This document shows positions 37,530 to 49,786 of a stretch of DNA of 64,000 bases, in pieces (the first letter of the stretch is position 1; every line of letters starts with the position of its first letter). Made by a program: the position numbers and the translations under genes. Origin of the DNA: Eledone cirrhosa. Its lineage: Eukaryota. Under the pieces are notes generated by a model. That model did no database searches, was not told where the DNA came from, and was given only the letters and a program-made list of their open reading frames with translations. The DNA lies in contig OZ024743.1 of the NCBI GenBank assembly GCA_964016885.1, forward strand, positions 368,652,001 through 368,716,000, in the 5' to 3' direction.

Positions 37530-37875
37530 TCACTATGTAAAGTGGTTGTGCTAGCACCACAATGAAAAGCACCCAGTCCACCCTGCAAAGTGGTAATGCT
37601 GGTGTCACAATAAAAAGCCCCCAGTCCACCCTGTAAGATGGTAGATATGATGTCACAATAAAAAGTACCCAGTCCACCTTGTAAAGAGGTAGGGCTGGTA
37701 CTATGAAAAAAGCACCCAGTTCACCCTATAAAGGGGTTGGTATTAGGAAGTTCATCCAGCCACAGAAACTAAGCGAAAATGAAATGAATGAGCAAGATAT
37801 GGTCACCTGACAACTAGTCTAACCCAAGCATAGAAAATAGACATTAAATGCTGATAATGATGATGATGATGATGA
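37530..37875 (+). repeat. Diverged ~48-bp tandem repeats followed by an RTE/SINE tail
   Basis: About four copies of aaaagcacccagtccaccctgtaaag-like units, then ggtattaggaag... and (gat)n. Confidence 0.7.
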
Positions 37876-38612
37876 AGGAGGATGGGGAGGAGGGGGAGGA
37901 GTGGGGTGGGCGAAGAAGCGGATGAAAAGAAGAAGAAGAAGAAGAAGAAGAAGAAGAAGAAGAAGAAGAATTGGTAGTACATTAGTAAATAATTCTATTG
38001 TTTTATGTTTTGCTTTCAAATTAAAATGAGACTGACTGTCTTTTATGTATCTGGGATCAATAAAATAAGTATTATTCAGGAAAAAGTGAAGCAACAGCAA
38101 TTAATATGGCCTCCAGTGAAAAGATCAGAGGTGATTGTTGATGATGTTGCATTGTTAGTGTAATCCAACTGACTGAGTATCTGAATGAAATGGTAAATAA
38201 AACTGGACTTGGAGAATACAATGGCCATGGAGGCCAGCTAAATAACAAGGAACATCAGTTTGTTGGTTGAAGAACAAGTTGTCACAAACATAAGTCAACT
38301 AATGTACCTTAGCAGAGATTAGTAATATATAAATTTGTCATCGGAACTAATAAAGGTTCAACATACACTGTGTACATATACGTGTGTGCATATGTGTACA
38401 TACATGTGAGTGGGTGACGGGCACATGTGTATATACCTCATGTGTACATACATGTGTGTGTAGATATGTATACATGCATGTGCATGTGCACATGTGTATA
38501 TACCTGCATGTGTACATATATATATGTGTGTGCACGTGTATATACATGCATGTGGACATATGTGTACATATATTTATGTGTGCACATGTATATATATATA
38601 TATATATACATC

Positions 38613-38643
<31 letters not shown>

Positions 38644-38650
38644 GTGTATA

Positions 38651-39200
38651 GTAGGTATGACAAAAAGCACCCAACCCACAATGTAAAGTGGTCATGTAGG
38701 TGTCACGACAAAAAGCACCCAGTCCACACTGAAAATGTGGTCATGTAGGTGTCACAACAAAAATCACCCAGTCCACACTGTAAAGTGGTCATGTAGGTGT
38801 CACGACAAAAAGCACACAGTCCACACTGAAAATGTGGTCATGTAGGTGTCACAACAAAAATCACCCAGTCCACACTGTAAAGTGGTTGTGTAGGTGTCAC
38901 GACAAAAATCACCCAGTCCACACTGTAAAGTGGTTGTGTAGGTCTCACGACAAAAATCACCCAGTCCACAATGTAAAGTGGTTGTGTAGGTGTCACGACA
39001 AAAAGCACCCAGTCCACACTGTAAAGTGGTTGTGTAGGTGTCACGACAAAAAGCATCCAGTCCACACTGTAAATGTGGTTGGCATTAGGAAGGGCATCCA
39101 GCTGTAGAAATCTAGCCAGAAACAGTTCCATACCTTGCCTCAAATGCGACAACTCATCTAACCCATGCTAGCATGGAAAGTGGATGTTAAACGATGATGA
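38651..39200 (+). repeat. 48-bp minisatellite (~9 copies) followed by an RTE/SINE 3' tail
   Basis: Unit gtaggtgtcacgacaaaaagcacccagtccacactgtaaagtggttgt; 16-aa periodicity in ORF 38832-39107. Confidence 0.9.
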
Positions 39201-39472
39201 AATACATGTATTTTGTGTAGAACAATTATATTAACTGAGTGATACAATTCGAGTGTATTAGTAGTACATAATTTATAAATCTGTTATAGATGAAAGATGA
39301 ATGAACCACAGCAAAGTTATACTGTGTATATGTGTATCTGTGTGTGTGTATCTGTTTATGTGTATGTATATGTATATGTCTGTGTGTTTGTGTGTGTGTT
39401 TTCTTTAATCCCATACAAGATTACTACAACCAATGTTGAGTATTGGCTATGTTCCCAGAATTATATAACTAT

Positions 39473-42400
39473 ATATTTGTTGTATTCAAGAGACCAGGTG
39501 GAGGGGTGGGTCTGCTAGATTCATTGAGGGTAAAAAACGATGTTATAAGCTTTTCTGGGTGGGAAACGACGATGGGCTGGGTGGAGTAGGAATCATGGTA
39601 GCAGAAAAGTGGGCAGATAAGATAATAGATGTAAATAGAGTGAACGACAGAATAATTAAAATAAGACTTGTCCTCAATAAAACTACGGTGACAGTAATAT
39701 CTGCGTACGCACCCCAATCCGGACTGCCCGGCACTATAAAAGACAGATTCTATGAGACACTGTTGCTAACTACCTCCCAAATATCTGACAGTGACTATAT
39801 AATTATTGCAGGCGACCTAAATGGTCACGTTGGACAACATTGTGACGGCTACGACGAAATCCATGGAGGCTATGGGTTTGGTACTAGAAATGAGGAAGGC
39901 TCCAGAATCCTGGAATTCTGTGATGCAAATAACCTAACTATCTGTAACACTAACTTCAAAAAACGTGACAATCACCTGATCACCTATAGATCAGGGGAAC
40001 ACACAAGCCAGGTAGATTATATCCTTACCAGAAGACGTGACAGAGTGTCTGTTGTAAACACTAAATCCCTCCCCCATGAAGAATGCACCTCCCAACATAG
40101 ACTGATAATTAGCGACCTCATAGTCAGGACGAGACGTACTCGACAGCAGAAGAGGACTATCCTCAGGAGGAAAATATGGAAGCTAAAGGACCCCACAGCC
40201 AGAAATAAATTTCAAAGCATATTACTTGATGCTTTCGACAGTAAGGAAGAGCATCTAGAATCGGACAATATAGAGGGACAGTGGGAATTTCTGAAAGCAA
40301 ACCTGCTGTTGGCGACAGACGAAGTCTGTGGCTGGAGCAGACCTGTAGGCAGGAGGAGAGTAACTTGGTGGTGGAACAGTAGGGTGGAGGGGTCAATTAA
40401 GGCCAAAAAGCAGGCTTGGAAAGTATGGCGGGATGGGGGAAGTAGAGTAGACTATCAAGTGGCCAGGAGGGAAGCTAGGAGAGAAGTGTACTTAGCAAGA
40501 AGGGAAGCTGAGGAAAGAAAGTTCAAGCATGTTCTACAACGCGATGACCAAAAACGTGAGGTGTTCAGGATTGCCAGGCAATGCGTCAAGGAAAACCGTG
40601 ATATTGTCGGGGAGAAGTGTGTACTTAACGATGATGGCATACTTGCCATCACCGACACTGATAAGAAGGTAGCTTGGAAGTGTCACTATGAAAGGCTACT
40701 AAATGAGGAGAATAAATGGGAGAAAGACAGTCTCCCCCATATCGACCCGATAGAGGGACCAGCAGTGTTAGTCGAGGGGAGTATAATAAGTAAGGCAATC
40801 AAGGATATGAAGACTGGTAAGGCGGCTGGGCCTTCGGAAATAGTTGCTGAGATGCTGAAGGCATCTGGCACGGTGGGACACACCATGGTCACCCGCATAG
40901 TTAACCAAGTCGTACAGAATGGGGTTGTTCCGAAGGACTGGCATAGCAGCATCATCGTTAACTGTTATAAGGGTAAAGGAGACGCCCTAGATAGGAGTAA
41001 CTATAGAGGCATTAAATTAATCGACCAGGTCATGAAGGTCACGGAAAAAGTAATAGCGCAACTAATCAGAGAGAGAATTGACCTAGATGAAATGCAGTTC
41101 GGGTTTGTGTCAGGCAAAAGCACCACAGACGCCCTTTTCATAGTACGACAACTACAGGAGAAGTACCTAGCTAAAGGTAGACCCCTTTACTTAGCTTTTG
41201 TCGACCTGGAGAAAGCCTTCGACAGAGTCCCCCGCTCCATTATCTGGTGGGCTCTTAGAAAACTAGGCGTTGACGAATGGCTTGTGAGGGCTATACAAGC
41301 CATGTATAAAGAAACAGTCAGCAAGGTTAGAATTAACAACGAATATAGTGAAGAGTTTAGCGTAAAAGTTGGCGTCCATCAGGGCTCTGTTCTCAGCCCC
41401 CTACTATTTATTATTGCCCTTCAGGCTATAACAGAGGAGTTCAAGACAGGCTGCCCATGGGAACTCCTATACGCAGACGACCTGACACTCATAGCGGAAT
41501 CAATGGCCGAGCTAGAGAAGAAATTCCAAACATGGAAGCACGGCCTAGAGTCAAAAGGACTTAAAATTAACCTGGCTAAGACCAAAGTTCTAGTTTGTAG
41601 GAAAGAAAACAAGGCGGCGGTCCCTTCTGGGAAATGGTCGTGCTCGGTGTGTAGGAAAGGCGTAGGTAGAAACTCCATTTTATGTCCTAAATGCAAAGTA
41701 TGGGTGCATAAAAGATGTAGTGGGATCACAGGTAAGCTAACTAAGAACATAGATTTTACATGTGGCCGGTGTTCTGGTGCAATAAGTAGCAGCAAGTGCC
41801 CACAAAATACTAGCTCTTTCAATTGCGCAGAGGGTTCTATAGAAATAGTGGACAGCTTCCGTTACCTGGGCGATAAAATCAGCAGTGGGGGAGGGTGCTC
41901 TGAAAGTACTGTAGCTAGAGTCAGAACTGGTTGGAAAAAGTTCAGAGAGCTTATACCACTATTAGCTGCTAAAGGGTTCTCCCTAAAAATGAAAGGCAGG
42001 TTGTACGATGCCTGCATACGAACAGCAATGTTGCATGGTAGTGAGACCTGGGCATTGTGTGCAGAGGATATACGCAGACTAGAGAGGAACGAAGCTTGCA
42101 TGCTCCGCTGGATGTGTAACAGTAATATACGTGAACGGCAAAGCATAAACGAACTAAGGAAAAAATTAGAGATAAGAGGGATCAGATGTTGTTTACTCGA
42201 GAGAAGGCTGCGTTGGTATGGACACGTGATGCGCATGAAAGTCGATAGCTGTATAACAAAGTGCAGGGCAATAAAGATAGACGGTAGCCACGGAATAGGC
42301 AGACCTAGAAAAACATGGGATGAGCTGATAAACTCCGACCTCACACACTTACACCTCTCCAAGACAATGTCACTGGACCGAGACCTTTGGCGGTACTCAG

Positions 42401-42796
42401 TAACAGAGAAGACCCGCCTTGCCAGTAGGCATCTCTAACAAAATACACCCCGTCCCGCCACCACCCCCACCCCATCCACACCATCCCGTTCTATGTAAAG
42501 TTATGTTGGTGCCGCGCCATCCAGGCCGAAACAAATGAGATCGTGTAGGTGTCACGACAAAAAAACACACAGTCCACGCTGTAATGTGGCCGTGTAGGCA
42601 ACACGGTAAAAACCTCCCAGACCCACACTGTAAATGTGGTTGGTGTTAGGAAGGGCATCCAACTGTAGAAAACCTGCCAGACAGTCCTATGCGAGCAAGA
42701 CAATCACTCTTGCCTCAAGTGGGACTACCCCCGTCCAAACCCATGCAAGCGTGGAACACGGACGTTAAACGTTGATGATGATGATGATGATGATGA
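39473..42796 (+). mobile_element. Young RTE-clade LINE, slightly 5'-truncated
   Basis: Homology starts in-frame at ICCIQETRWRG (39475); ~340-bp 3'UTR; (gat)n tail; possible TSD atataa[c/t]tat at 39463-72 and 42796-805. Confidence 0.95.
39559..42438 (+). CDS. RTE ORF2: APE endonuclease + reverse transcriptase with an internal PHD-like Cys/His finger
   Basis: 959 aa without stops: SAYAPQ, GDLNGHVG, VDYIL, SQHRL (APE); YRGIKL, QFGF, DLEKAFD, HQGSVLSP, YADD, FRYLG (RT). The start codon is nominal (GTG) because the true N-terminus is missing. Confidence 0.9.
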   Translation: MGNDDGLGGVGIMVAEKWADKIIDVNRVNDRIIKIRLVLNKTTVTVISAYAPQSGLPGTIKDRFYETLLLTTSQISDSDYIIIAGDLNGHVGQHCDGYDEIHGGYGFGTRNEEGSRILEFCDANNLTICNTNFKKRDNHLITYRSGEHTSQVDYILTRRRDRVSVVNTKSLPHEECTSQHRLIISDLIVRTRRTRQQKRTILRRKIWKLKDPTARNKFQSILLDAFDSKEEHLESDNIEGQWEFLKANLLLATDEVCGWSRPVGRRRVTWWWNSRVEGSIKAKKQAWKVWRDGGSRVDYQVARREARREVYLARREAEERKFKHVLQRDDQKREVFRIARQCVKENRDIVGEKCVLNDDGILAITDTDKKVAWKCHYERLLNEENKWEKDSLPHIDPIEGPAVLVEGSIISKAIKDMKTGKAAGPSEIVAEMLKASGTVGHTMVTRIVNQVVQNGVVPKDWHSSIIVNCYKGKGDALDRSNYRGIKLIDQVMKVTEKVIAQLIRERIDLDEMQFGFVSGKSTTDALFIVRQLQEKYLAKGRPLYLAFVDLEKAFDRVPRSIIWWALRKLGVDEWLVRAIQAMYKETVSKVRINNEYSEEFSVKVGVHQGSVLSPLLFIIALQAITEEFKTGCPWELLYADDLTLIAESMAELEKKFQTWKHGLESKGLKINLAKTKVLVCRKENKAAVPSGKWSCSVCRKGVGRNSILCPKCKVWVHKRCSGITGKLTKNIDFTCGRCSGAISSSKCPQNTSSFNCAEGSIEIVDSFRYLGDKISSGGGCSESTVARVRTGWKKFRELIPLLAAKGFSLKMKGRLYDACIRTAMLHGSETWALCAEDIRRLERNEACMLRWMCNSNIRERQSINELRKKLEIRGIRCCLLERRLRWYGHVMRMKVDSCITKCRAIKIDGSHGIGRPRKTWDELINSDLTHLHLSKTMSLDRDLWRYSVTEKTRLASRHL

Positions 42797-42887
42797 TATA
42801 ATTATTTGTTTCTCAGTGTACCTCTCTGCGTATGTGCCCGTCTTTACCTAGCAATGTGTTGAATTGTTACTTGGTTATTTTTTTTTA

Positions 42888-43444
42888 TATATATACTTGT
42901 ATATAAGCCGAGAAATATGTCACAAAAAAAAAATGTTATGATAAAATGGAGAGGGGAGGGGGGTGCTTATATTCCAGGTCAATATTTTGCTAATTTTCAC
43001 TAACTTCAAAATTCTAAATGAAGTGCTGAAATATTTTTCTCTTTGGAGGTGAATATTACACCGGTTTCACTTTTAAGGTAAATATTACATCGGTTTCACT
43101 TCAGAGGTGAATAATTCACTGGTTTTACTTTCAACATGAAATTCGTATTTCCTTCTGTTGTTTTCTTGTTTTTTTTTGCGTTTTGAATGAATATGGCCTT
43201 CAAAATGGTAGAAATTTGTAAAAAAATCATTATGTAATGAAGTTAGGAAACAAACTATACTTAAAACATTTTAAATATCAAATTATTAAAACTTCATAAA
43301 TATATTCTCCACTCATGAAAACTTCAAAACTGCACCATGTAAACGTATTTTAATTACCTGCTTTGGTTTATAAACGAGGTTTAGATTTTTTGCCTATTTC
43401 TCAGACATAAATTAGAGAGTTGGCTTATATTCTAATATATATGG
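42888..43444. mobile_element. Second Tc2-type MITE, opposite orientation to 35949-36870
   Basis: atatatacttgtatataagccgagaaat...ttggcttatattctaatatatatgg|TA; three ~29-bp internal repeats at ~43046-43132. Confidence 0.7.
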
Positions 43445-44369
43445 TAATTTTTCTGAGGATATGAATTGCTATTCTGGATAAATATTTTGAAAAGTGCCTT
43501 GGTAAATTGCTTATTCTGTTATAGATTTTGATTTCTATCACTGACAGAACTCCTAATTCAAAAGGTTATATCCAAGTTCAACAGTATTGCCACATTTATC
43601 TCTAATTTGATGCCCAAAACCATGTCTGATTCTATGAAACAAAACATTCCATTTCAAAGGGTTTCTACTCAAATTAAAACTTTCCAACATAAATTTATAT
43701 AACATTTTCTTATATTACAAATACCATCACAATGAAATTAGGATTTTATTAAATCCTTCTAAAATTCTTCATTAATTAATGAAATACAAAATATCTGATT
43801 AGAAACTGGAAACGAAAAGTGTTAATGATTATAATATATTTCTACAGGATTTTTTTAATGACTATTTCATTTTGTTTGACCCAAATCTTCATGTCAATGT
43901 GAACTATATAATTCCACAATACTGTTGTTCCAGCTTTACCTGTAACTAACAAAGAAAAGTGAAACTAGCAACTAAGAGAAGCCACCTTCCTTGGGAGTCA
44001 TGAAATTCACAGGTTTGGGAATCAGCACTGAAAAACAGATGGACCATCAACTCTTTTTCTTCTTATGGAAATGTTGTATTTCATTTGTTAGAAAGTATAT
44101 CTGCTGCTAACAACATCTGCATTGATAAAGCTGTAGTTCTGAATCAGACAAAGACCAGAATTAGAAATCTGGTATCTAAAATGTTCTGAGGCACTTATAG
44201 TACTTTACAATAAAAAAAAATGCAGTTAGTGGAATGTCCACATTAACATGCTATAGAGAGTTAGTTACTGGTAGAGGGAAGTCAATGTTTTAGGGAAAAA
44301 CTTGGGCATCAATGGAGACCAGTTATATAATCTAGTGTCAAAGACTTTTGCTAGGAACTATGGACAATT

Positions 44370-44660
44370 TCACCCAGCAATCATTGTCCATGCACATCAC
44401 ATGTCCATACCAGTGCAGTCTTCTCTCTTGTACACTACTTCTTATTCCTCTTATACTCAATTTTTCTCTCAGTTCATCCAAGCTCTGTCATTCTCTCACA
44501 TAAACATTACACATCTACCAAAACATGCTTGCTTCATTTCTCACCAGTCTTCACATATCCTCTGCATTCCTGCCTATGTTTCACTACCATGCAACATCAC
44601 ACTTTGCAAACAAGTGTCATACAGCTGACCTTTCATTCAAAGAGAAACACCTTTCATCCT
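44370..44660 (-). pseudogene. Old RTE fragment
   Basis: Reverse complement of a LYD.C...MLHGSET...RLHWYGHV-type region. Confidence 0.7.
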
Positions 44661-45049
44661 GTCCTTATTCTAGGAACTATGGCTCTTGGAGCAACCTCCC
44701 CAACTTCTAATTTGGATCAACTAAGTAGCAAAATATATCAGCCTCTTCCATGGATCCTTCCTGACATTGGAAAAACTTTATATCACTGGCACTCTTACTA
44801 TTTCTATTGAACTACCAAGTCTGATGAGCAGATCGATGCTGGAGTCAGGTCCATAGCTTGCACAGGTGACCTGTGTCAATCGTCTGTGAAATGAATGTAA
44901 CAGGTCCATAATCAATAAAAATATATATGCTCAAATGTGGAGATGAGGACATGGGTGAAGGGTGGGGTGTTAGGACGTGGGTGGAGTGTTCGGGTATCGG
45001 AGGTGCATGGAAGGAAGGATAGAGGAAGTGGTACATGCTAGGTGTATGC

Positions 45050-46320
45050 TTCAACCCATGCATATAGGAATGCAGGTCTTTGATATTATTACATAACAAC
45101 AAAGATCTTGATCCAGTGTCATTGCCTTTGAGAGGTCCAATGGTGCAAGATCAGCTTTTATCACCTCATCCCAAGTCTTCCTAGGTCTTCCTACTCTATA
45201 GCTGCCATCAAATTTGAGTGTGCTGCACCCTTTTATACAGCTGTCATCTTTCATATGCATCACATGACCATACCAACGCAATCTCCTCAATGCATCTGAT
45301 CCTTCTTATGCTCAGTTTCTCTTTCAGTTTATTTATGCTTTACCATTCATGAATATTACTACTACACATCCATCAGAGCAGGCAAGCTTAATTTTTTTTC
45401 CAATCTTCGCAGGTCTTCTGCACACTCATTTTGAGGGAAAAATCTTTCGTAGTTAGCAGCGGTAGTAGCTCCCTGATTCTTCTCCATCCTTTTCTCTCTC
45501 TGGCTACTGTACTTTCAGAACACCCTCCTCCACTGCTAATTTGGTCACCCAGGTAACAGAAACTTTTAATTACTTCTACAGAGCTCTCTGGGCATTTGAA
45601 GGAGCTAGTATCCTGTGAGCTCTTGCTATACACTGCACCTATGCATTGACCACATATAAAACCTACATTCTTTGCTAGCCTGCCTGAGATCCCACTACAT
45701 CTCTTATGTATTCATAGTTGGCATTTGGGATATAAGAGATAATTTCTACCTACTCCTTTCCTGTTCACTGAACAAGGCCATTTCCTTACAGGATTCTACG
45801 CCGTTTTCCTTTCTACATACTAGAACTATATATAATCTTCGCCAAGTTGACTTTAAAACATTTTAATTCTAGGCCATACTTCCAGGTTTGAAATTATGGC
45901 CATAGTTTCAGCTATAAGGGTTAGATCATCTGCATACAGAAGTTCCCATGGGTAGCTAGTCTTAAACTCTTCTGTTATATCCTATAGGGTGATAATAAAC
46001 AGAATAAGGAAAGAGTCCTGATGAACACCAACTGGTACACTAAATTCTTCACTATAGTCATTGTTAATTCTAACCTTGCTGACTGTTCCCCTATAAATGG
46101 CTTGTACTGCCCTCACAAGTAACTCGCCTACTCCTAGTTTTCTAAGAACCCACCAGAAGAGTGGACTCTGTCAAAAGCTTTTTCCAGGTCCACAAATGCT
46201 AAGTAGAGGAGTTTACCTTTAGCTAGATACTTGCCCTGCAGTTGCCTCACAAGGAATGGTACTTTTACCTGGCACAAATCCACGCTGCATCTCATTCTAG
46301 GTTAACGTGGTCCCTAATCA
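45050..46320 (-). pseudogene. Decayed RTE RT fragment
   Basis: ORFs 45051-45290 and 45388-45633, plus DLEKAFD and YADD remnants. Confidence 0.88.
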
Positions 46321-46373
46321 GCTATACTATAACTCTTTCTGTGACCCCTCCCCCTATATATATATATATATAT

Positions 46374-47203
46374 AAAAATGAAAGGCAGGTTATACGATGC
46401 CTGCATACGAACAGCAATGCTGCATGGCAGTGAGACCTGGGCATTGTGTGCAGAGGATATACGCAGACTAGAGAGGAACGAAGCTTGCATGCTCCGCTGG
46501 ATGTGCAATAGTAATATACGTGAACGGCAAAGCATAAACGAACTAAGGAAAAAATTAGAAATAAGAGGGATCAGATGTTGTTTACTCGAGAGAAGGCTAC
46601 GTTGGTACGGTCACGTGATGCGCATGAAAGACGACAGCTGTATAACAAAGTGTAGGGCAATAAAGATAGACGGTAGCCACGGAGTAGGCAGACCCAGAAA
46701 AACATGGGACGAGCTGATAAATTCCGACCTCACACGCTTACACCTCTCCAAGACAATGTCACTGGACCGAGACCTTTGGCGGTACTCAGTAATAGAGAAG
46801 ACCCGCCTTACCTAAATACAAAGTAAAAACCTACTACAGTCAGTAGGCATCTCTATCAAAACACCCCCCCCCCCCCGTCCCACCACCTCCACCCCATCCA
46901 CACCGCCCCTTTCAATGTACAACATCCAGGCCGAAACAAATGAGATCGTGTAGGTGTCACGACAAAAAACACACAGTCCACGCTGTAAATGTGGCCGTGT
47001 AGGCAACACGGTAAAAACCTCCCAGCCCCACACTGTAAATGTGGTTGGTGTTAGGAAGGGCATCCAACTGTAGAAAACCCGCCAGACAGTCCTATGCGAG
47101 CAAGACAACCACTCTTGCCTCAAGTGGGAAAACCCCCGTCCAAACCCATGCAAGCGTGGAACACGGACGCTAAACCTGATGATGATGATGATGATGATGA
47201 TGA
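46374..47203 (+). mobile_element. RTE LINE 3' fragment
   Basis: ORF 46378-46815; starts at (TA)n; (gat)n tail. Confidence 0.95.
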
Positions 47204-47319
47204 TATATGTTTACAAAAAAACCAAACATTATAATAAATGTTCGGTAAACCTATATGTATATATATATATGTGTGCATGTATGAATGTATATACATACTA
47301 CTGTATGCCTGTATACATG

Positions 47320-49552
47320 TCATCATCATCATCATCATCATCGTTTAATGTCCATTTTTAACGCTAGCATGGGTCTGGACGGGAATTGTCCCACTTGAGG
47401 CAAGATTGGTTGTCTTGCTCAGGACTGTCTGGCGGGTTTTCTACGGCTGGATGCCATTCCTAACACCAACCACGTTTACAGTATGGACTGGGAGGTTTTT
47501 ACCGTGTTACCTACACAGCCACATTACAGCATGGACTGTGTGTTTTTTTGTTGTGACACCTACACGACCTCATTTATTTAGAACTGGATGTTGTGGTACC
47601 AACATAGCTTTACATCAAAAGGGGTGGTGTAGATGGTGGTGGGGGTAGGGTTGGGACGGAGGTGTATTTTGGTTAAGGGGTGCCTACTGACTGTAGGTTT
47701 CGCTTTGTACTTAGGAAAGGCGGGTCTTCTGTATTACTATGTAGCACCAAAGATCTCGGTCCAGTGACATTGTCTTGGAGAGGTGTAAGTGTGTGAGGTC
47801 GGATTTTATCAAGTCGTCCCAGGTTTTTCTTGGTCTGCCTACTCCGTAGCTACCGTCTATTTTGAACGCCTTGCACTTTTTTATACAGCTGTCATCTTTC
47901 ATGCGCATCACATGACCATACGAATGTAGTCTTCTCTCAAGTAAACAGCATCTGATCCCTCTTATTCCTAATTTCTCACTTAGTTCGCTTATGCTTTGCA
48001 TGTCTCACTGCCATGTAACATCGCTGTTCATATGCAGGCATCATACAGCCTGCCTTTTATTTTTAGAGAGAAACCTTTAGCGGCCAATAGTGGTATAAGC
48101 TCTCTGAACTTTTTCCATCCCGTTCGGACTCTAGCTACAGTACTTTCAGAGCACCCTCCACCACTGCTGATTTTGTCACCCAGGTAACGGAAGGTGTCCA
48201 CTATTTCTATAGAACCATCTGTGCAATGGAATGAGCTAGTATTCTGTGGGCATTTGCTGCTACTTATTGCACCAGAACACCGGCCACATATAAAATCTAT
48301 ATTCTTAGTTAGCTTACCTGTGATCCCATTACATCTTTTATGCACCCATACTTTGCATTTGGGATATAAAATGGAGTTTCTGCCTACTCCTTTCCTATAC
48401 ACTGAGCATGGCCATTTCCCAGATGGGACCAGTGCCCTATTCTCCTTCCTACATATTAGGACTTTAGTCTTAGACAAGTTAAGGCCTTTTGATTCTAGGT
48501 CATGCTTCCATGTTTGGAATTTCTTCTCTAGTTCAGCCATTGATTCGGCTATGAGCGTTAGATTATCTGCATATAGAAGTTCCCATGGGCAGCCGGTCTT
48601 GAACTCCTCCGTTATAGCTTGGAGGGCGAGAATAAATAGGAGGGGGCTAAGGACTGAGCCCAGATGAACACCAACTTTTACGCTAAATTCTTCACTATAT
48701 TCGTTGTTAATTCTAACCTTGCTGACTGTTTCTTTATACATGGCATGTATAGCTCTCACAAGCCATTCATCTACACCTAGTTTTCTAAGAGCCCACCAGA
48801 TAATGGAGCGGGGGACTCTGTCAAAGGCTTTCTCCAGTTCTACAAAAGCTAAGTAGAGGGGTTTACTTTTAGCTAGGTACTTCTCCTGTAGTTGTCGTAC
48901 AATGAAAAGAGCGTCTGTGGTACTTTTACCTGACACAAACCCGAACTGCAGTTCATCTAGATTAATTCGCTCTCTGATTAGTTGCGCTATTACTTTTTCT
49001 GTGACCTTCATGACCTGGTCAATTAATTTAATGCCTCTATAGTTTCCCCTATCTAGGGCGTCTCCTTTACCCTTGTAGCAGTTAATGATGATGCTGCTAT
49101 GCCAGTCCTTTGGTACGACCCCATTCTGTATAACTTGGTTTACTATCAGCAACTATTTCCGAAGGCCCAGCCGCCTTCCCGTCTTCATATCTTTGATTGC
49201 CTTTCTTATTATACTACCTTCAACTTGCACTGCTGGTCCCTCTATTGGATTGATGTGGGGGAGGCTGTCTTTCTCCCATTTATTCTCCTCATTTAGTAGC
49301 CTTTCGTAGTGACACTTCCAAGCTACCTCCTTATCAGTATCAGTGAGGGCCAGTACACCATCATCATTACGGACACACTTCTCCCCAACAATATCACGGT
49401 TCTCCTTGACACATTATCTAGCAATCCTGAACACCTCACGTTTTTGGTCCTCGCACTGTAGAACATGCTTGAACTTTCCTTCCTCTGCTTCCCTTCTTGT
49501 GAAGTACACTTGTCTCCTAGCTTCCCTCCTGGTCACTCGATAGTCTTCTCTC
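47320..49552 (-). mobile_element. RTE LINE, 5'-truncated with internal deletions
   Basis: ORFs 48028-49152 and 47711-48001; (cat)n tail. Confidence 0.95.
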
Positions 49553-49743
49553 TACGTATACATAATTATATTTAAGTATCAGCCGTACTAAGAGTGCGAA
49601 ATGAAATTTCATTTTTTCCATTTATCGTTTTTGGTACGCCCGGCCGACTAACTCACTCGATATGCAAATTAGGCTGCTCGGCTGTTAATATGCATAAGGA
49701 AAGTATATACTTTCAAACGTTCAATCGATTGACAGGAAGGTAT

Positions 49744-49786
49744 ACGGTGCTGATGACAGCTAATAAGCTAGAAACTAGTTCATCGT
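49744..49786 (+). ncRNA. Minimal hammerhead ribozyme candidate
   Basis: acggtg-CTGATGA-c AGCT aata AGCT a-GAAA-CTAG-TT-catcgt; palindromic ACTAGT stem III. Confidence 0.8.

Noticed and set aside
38651-39080. CRISPR-like repeat or repeat protein (ORFs 38832 and 38838)
   Set aside because: Contiguous 48-bp tandem units derived from a retroelement 3'UTR; the ORFs are by-products of the period.
41862-42362. Antisense ORFs over RTE copies (also 9859, 8202, 48194)
   Set aside because: Shadow frames of the RTE coding strand with no independent protein features.
43960-44200. hAT transposase remnant (and a possible hAT TIR near 57003)
   Set aside because: Only a vague resemblance to the dimerisation domain, and no matching second TIR or TSD was found.
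44821-44860. Hammerhead at ctgatgagcag
   Set aside because: No GAAA-stem III-UH or stem I partner follows.
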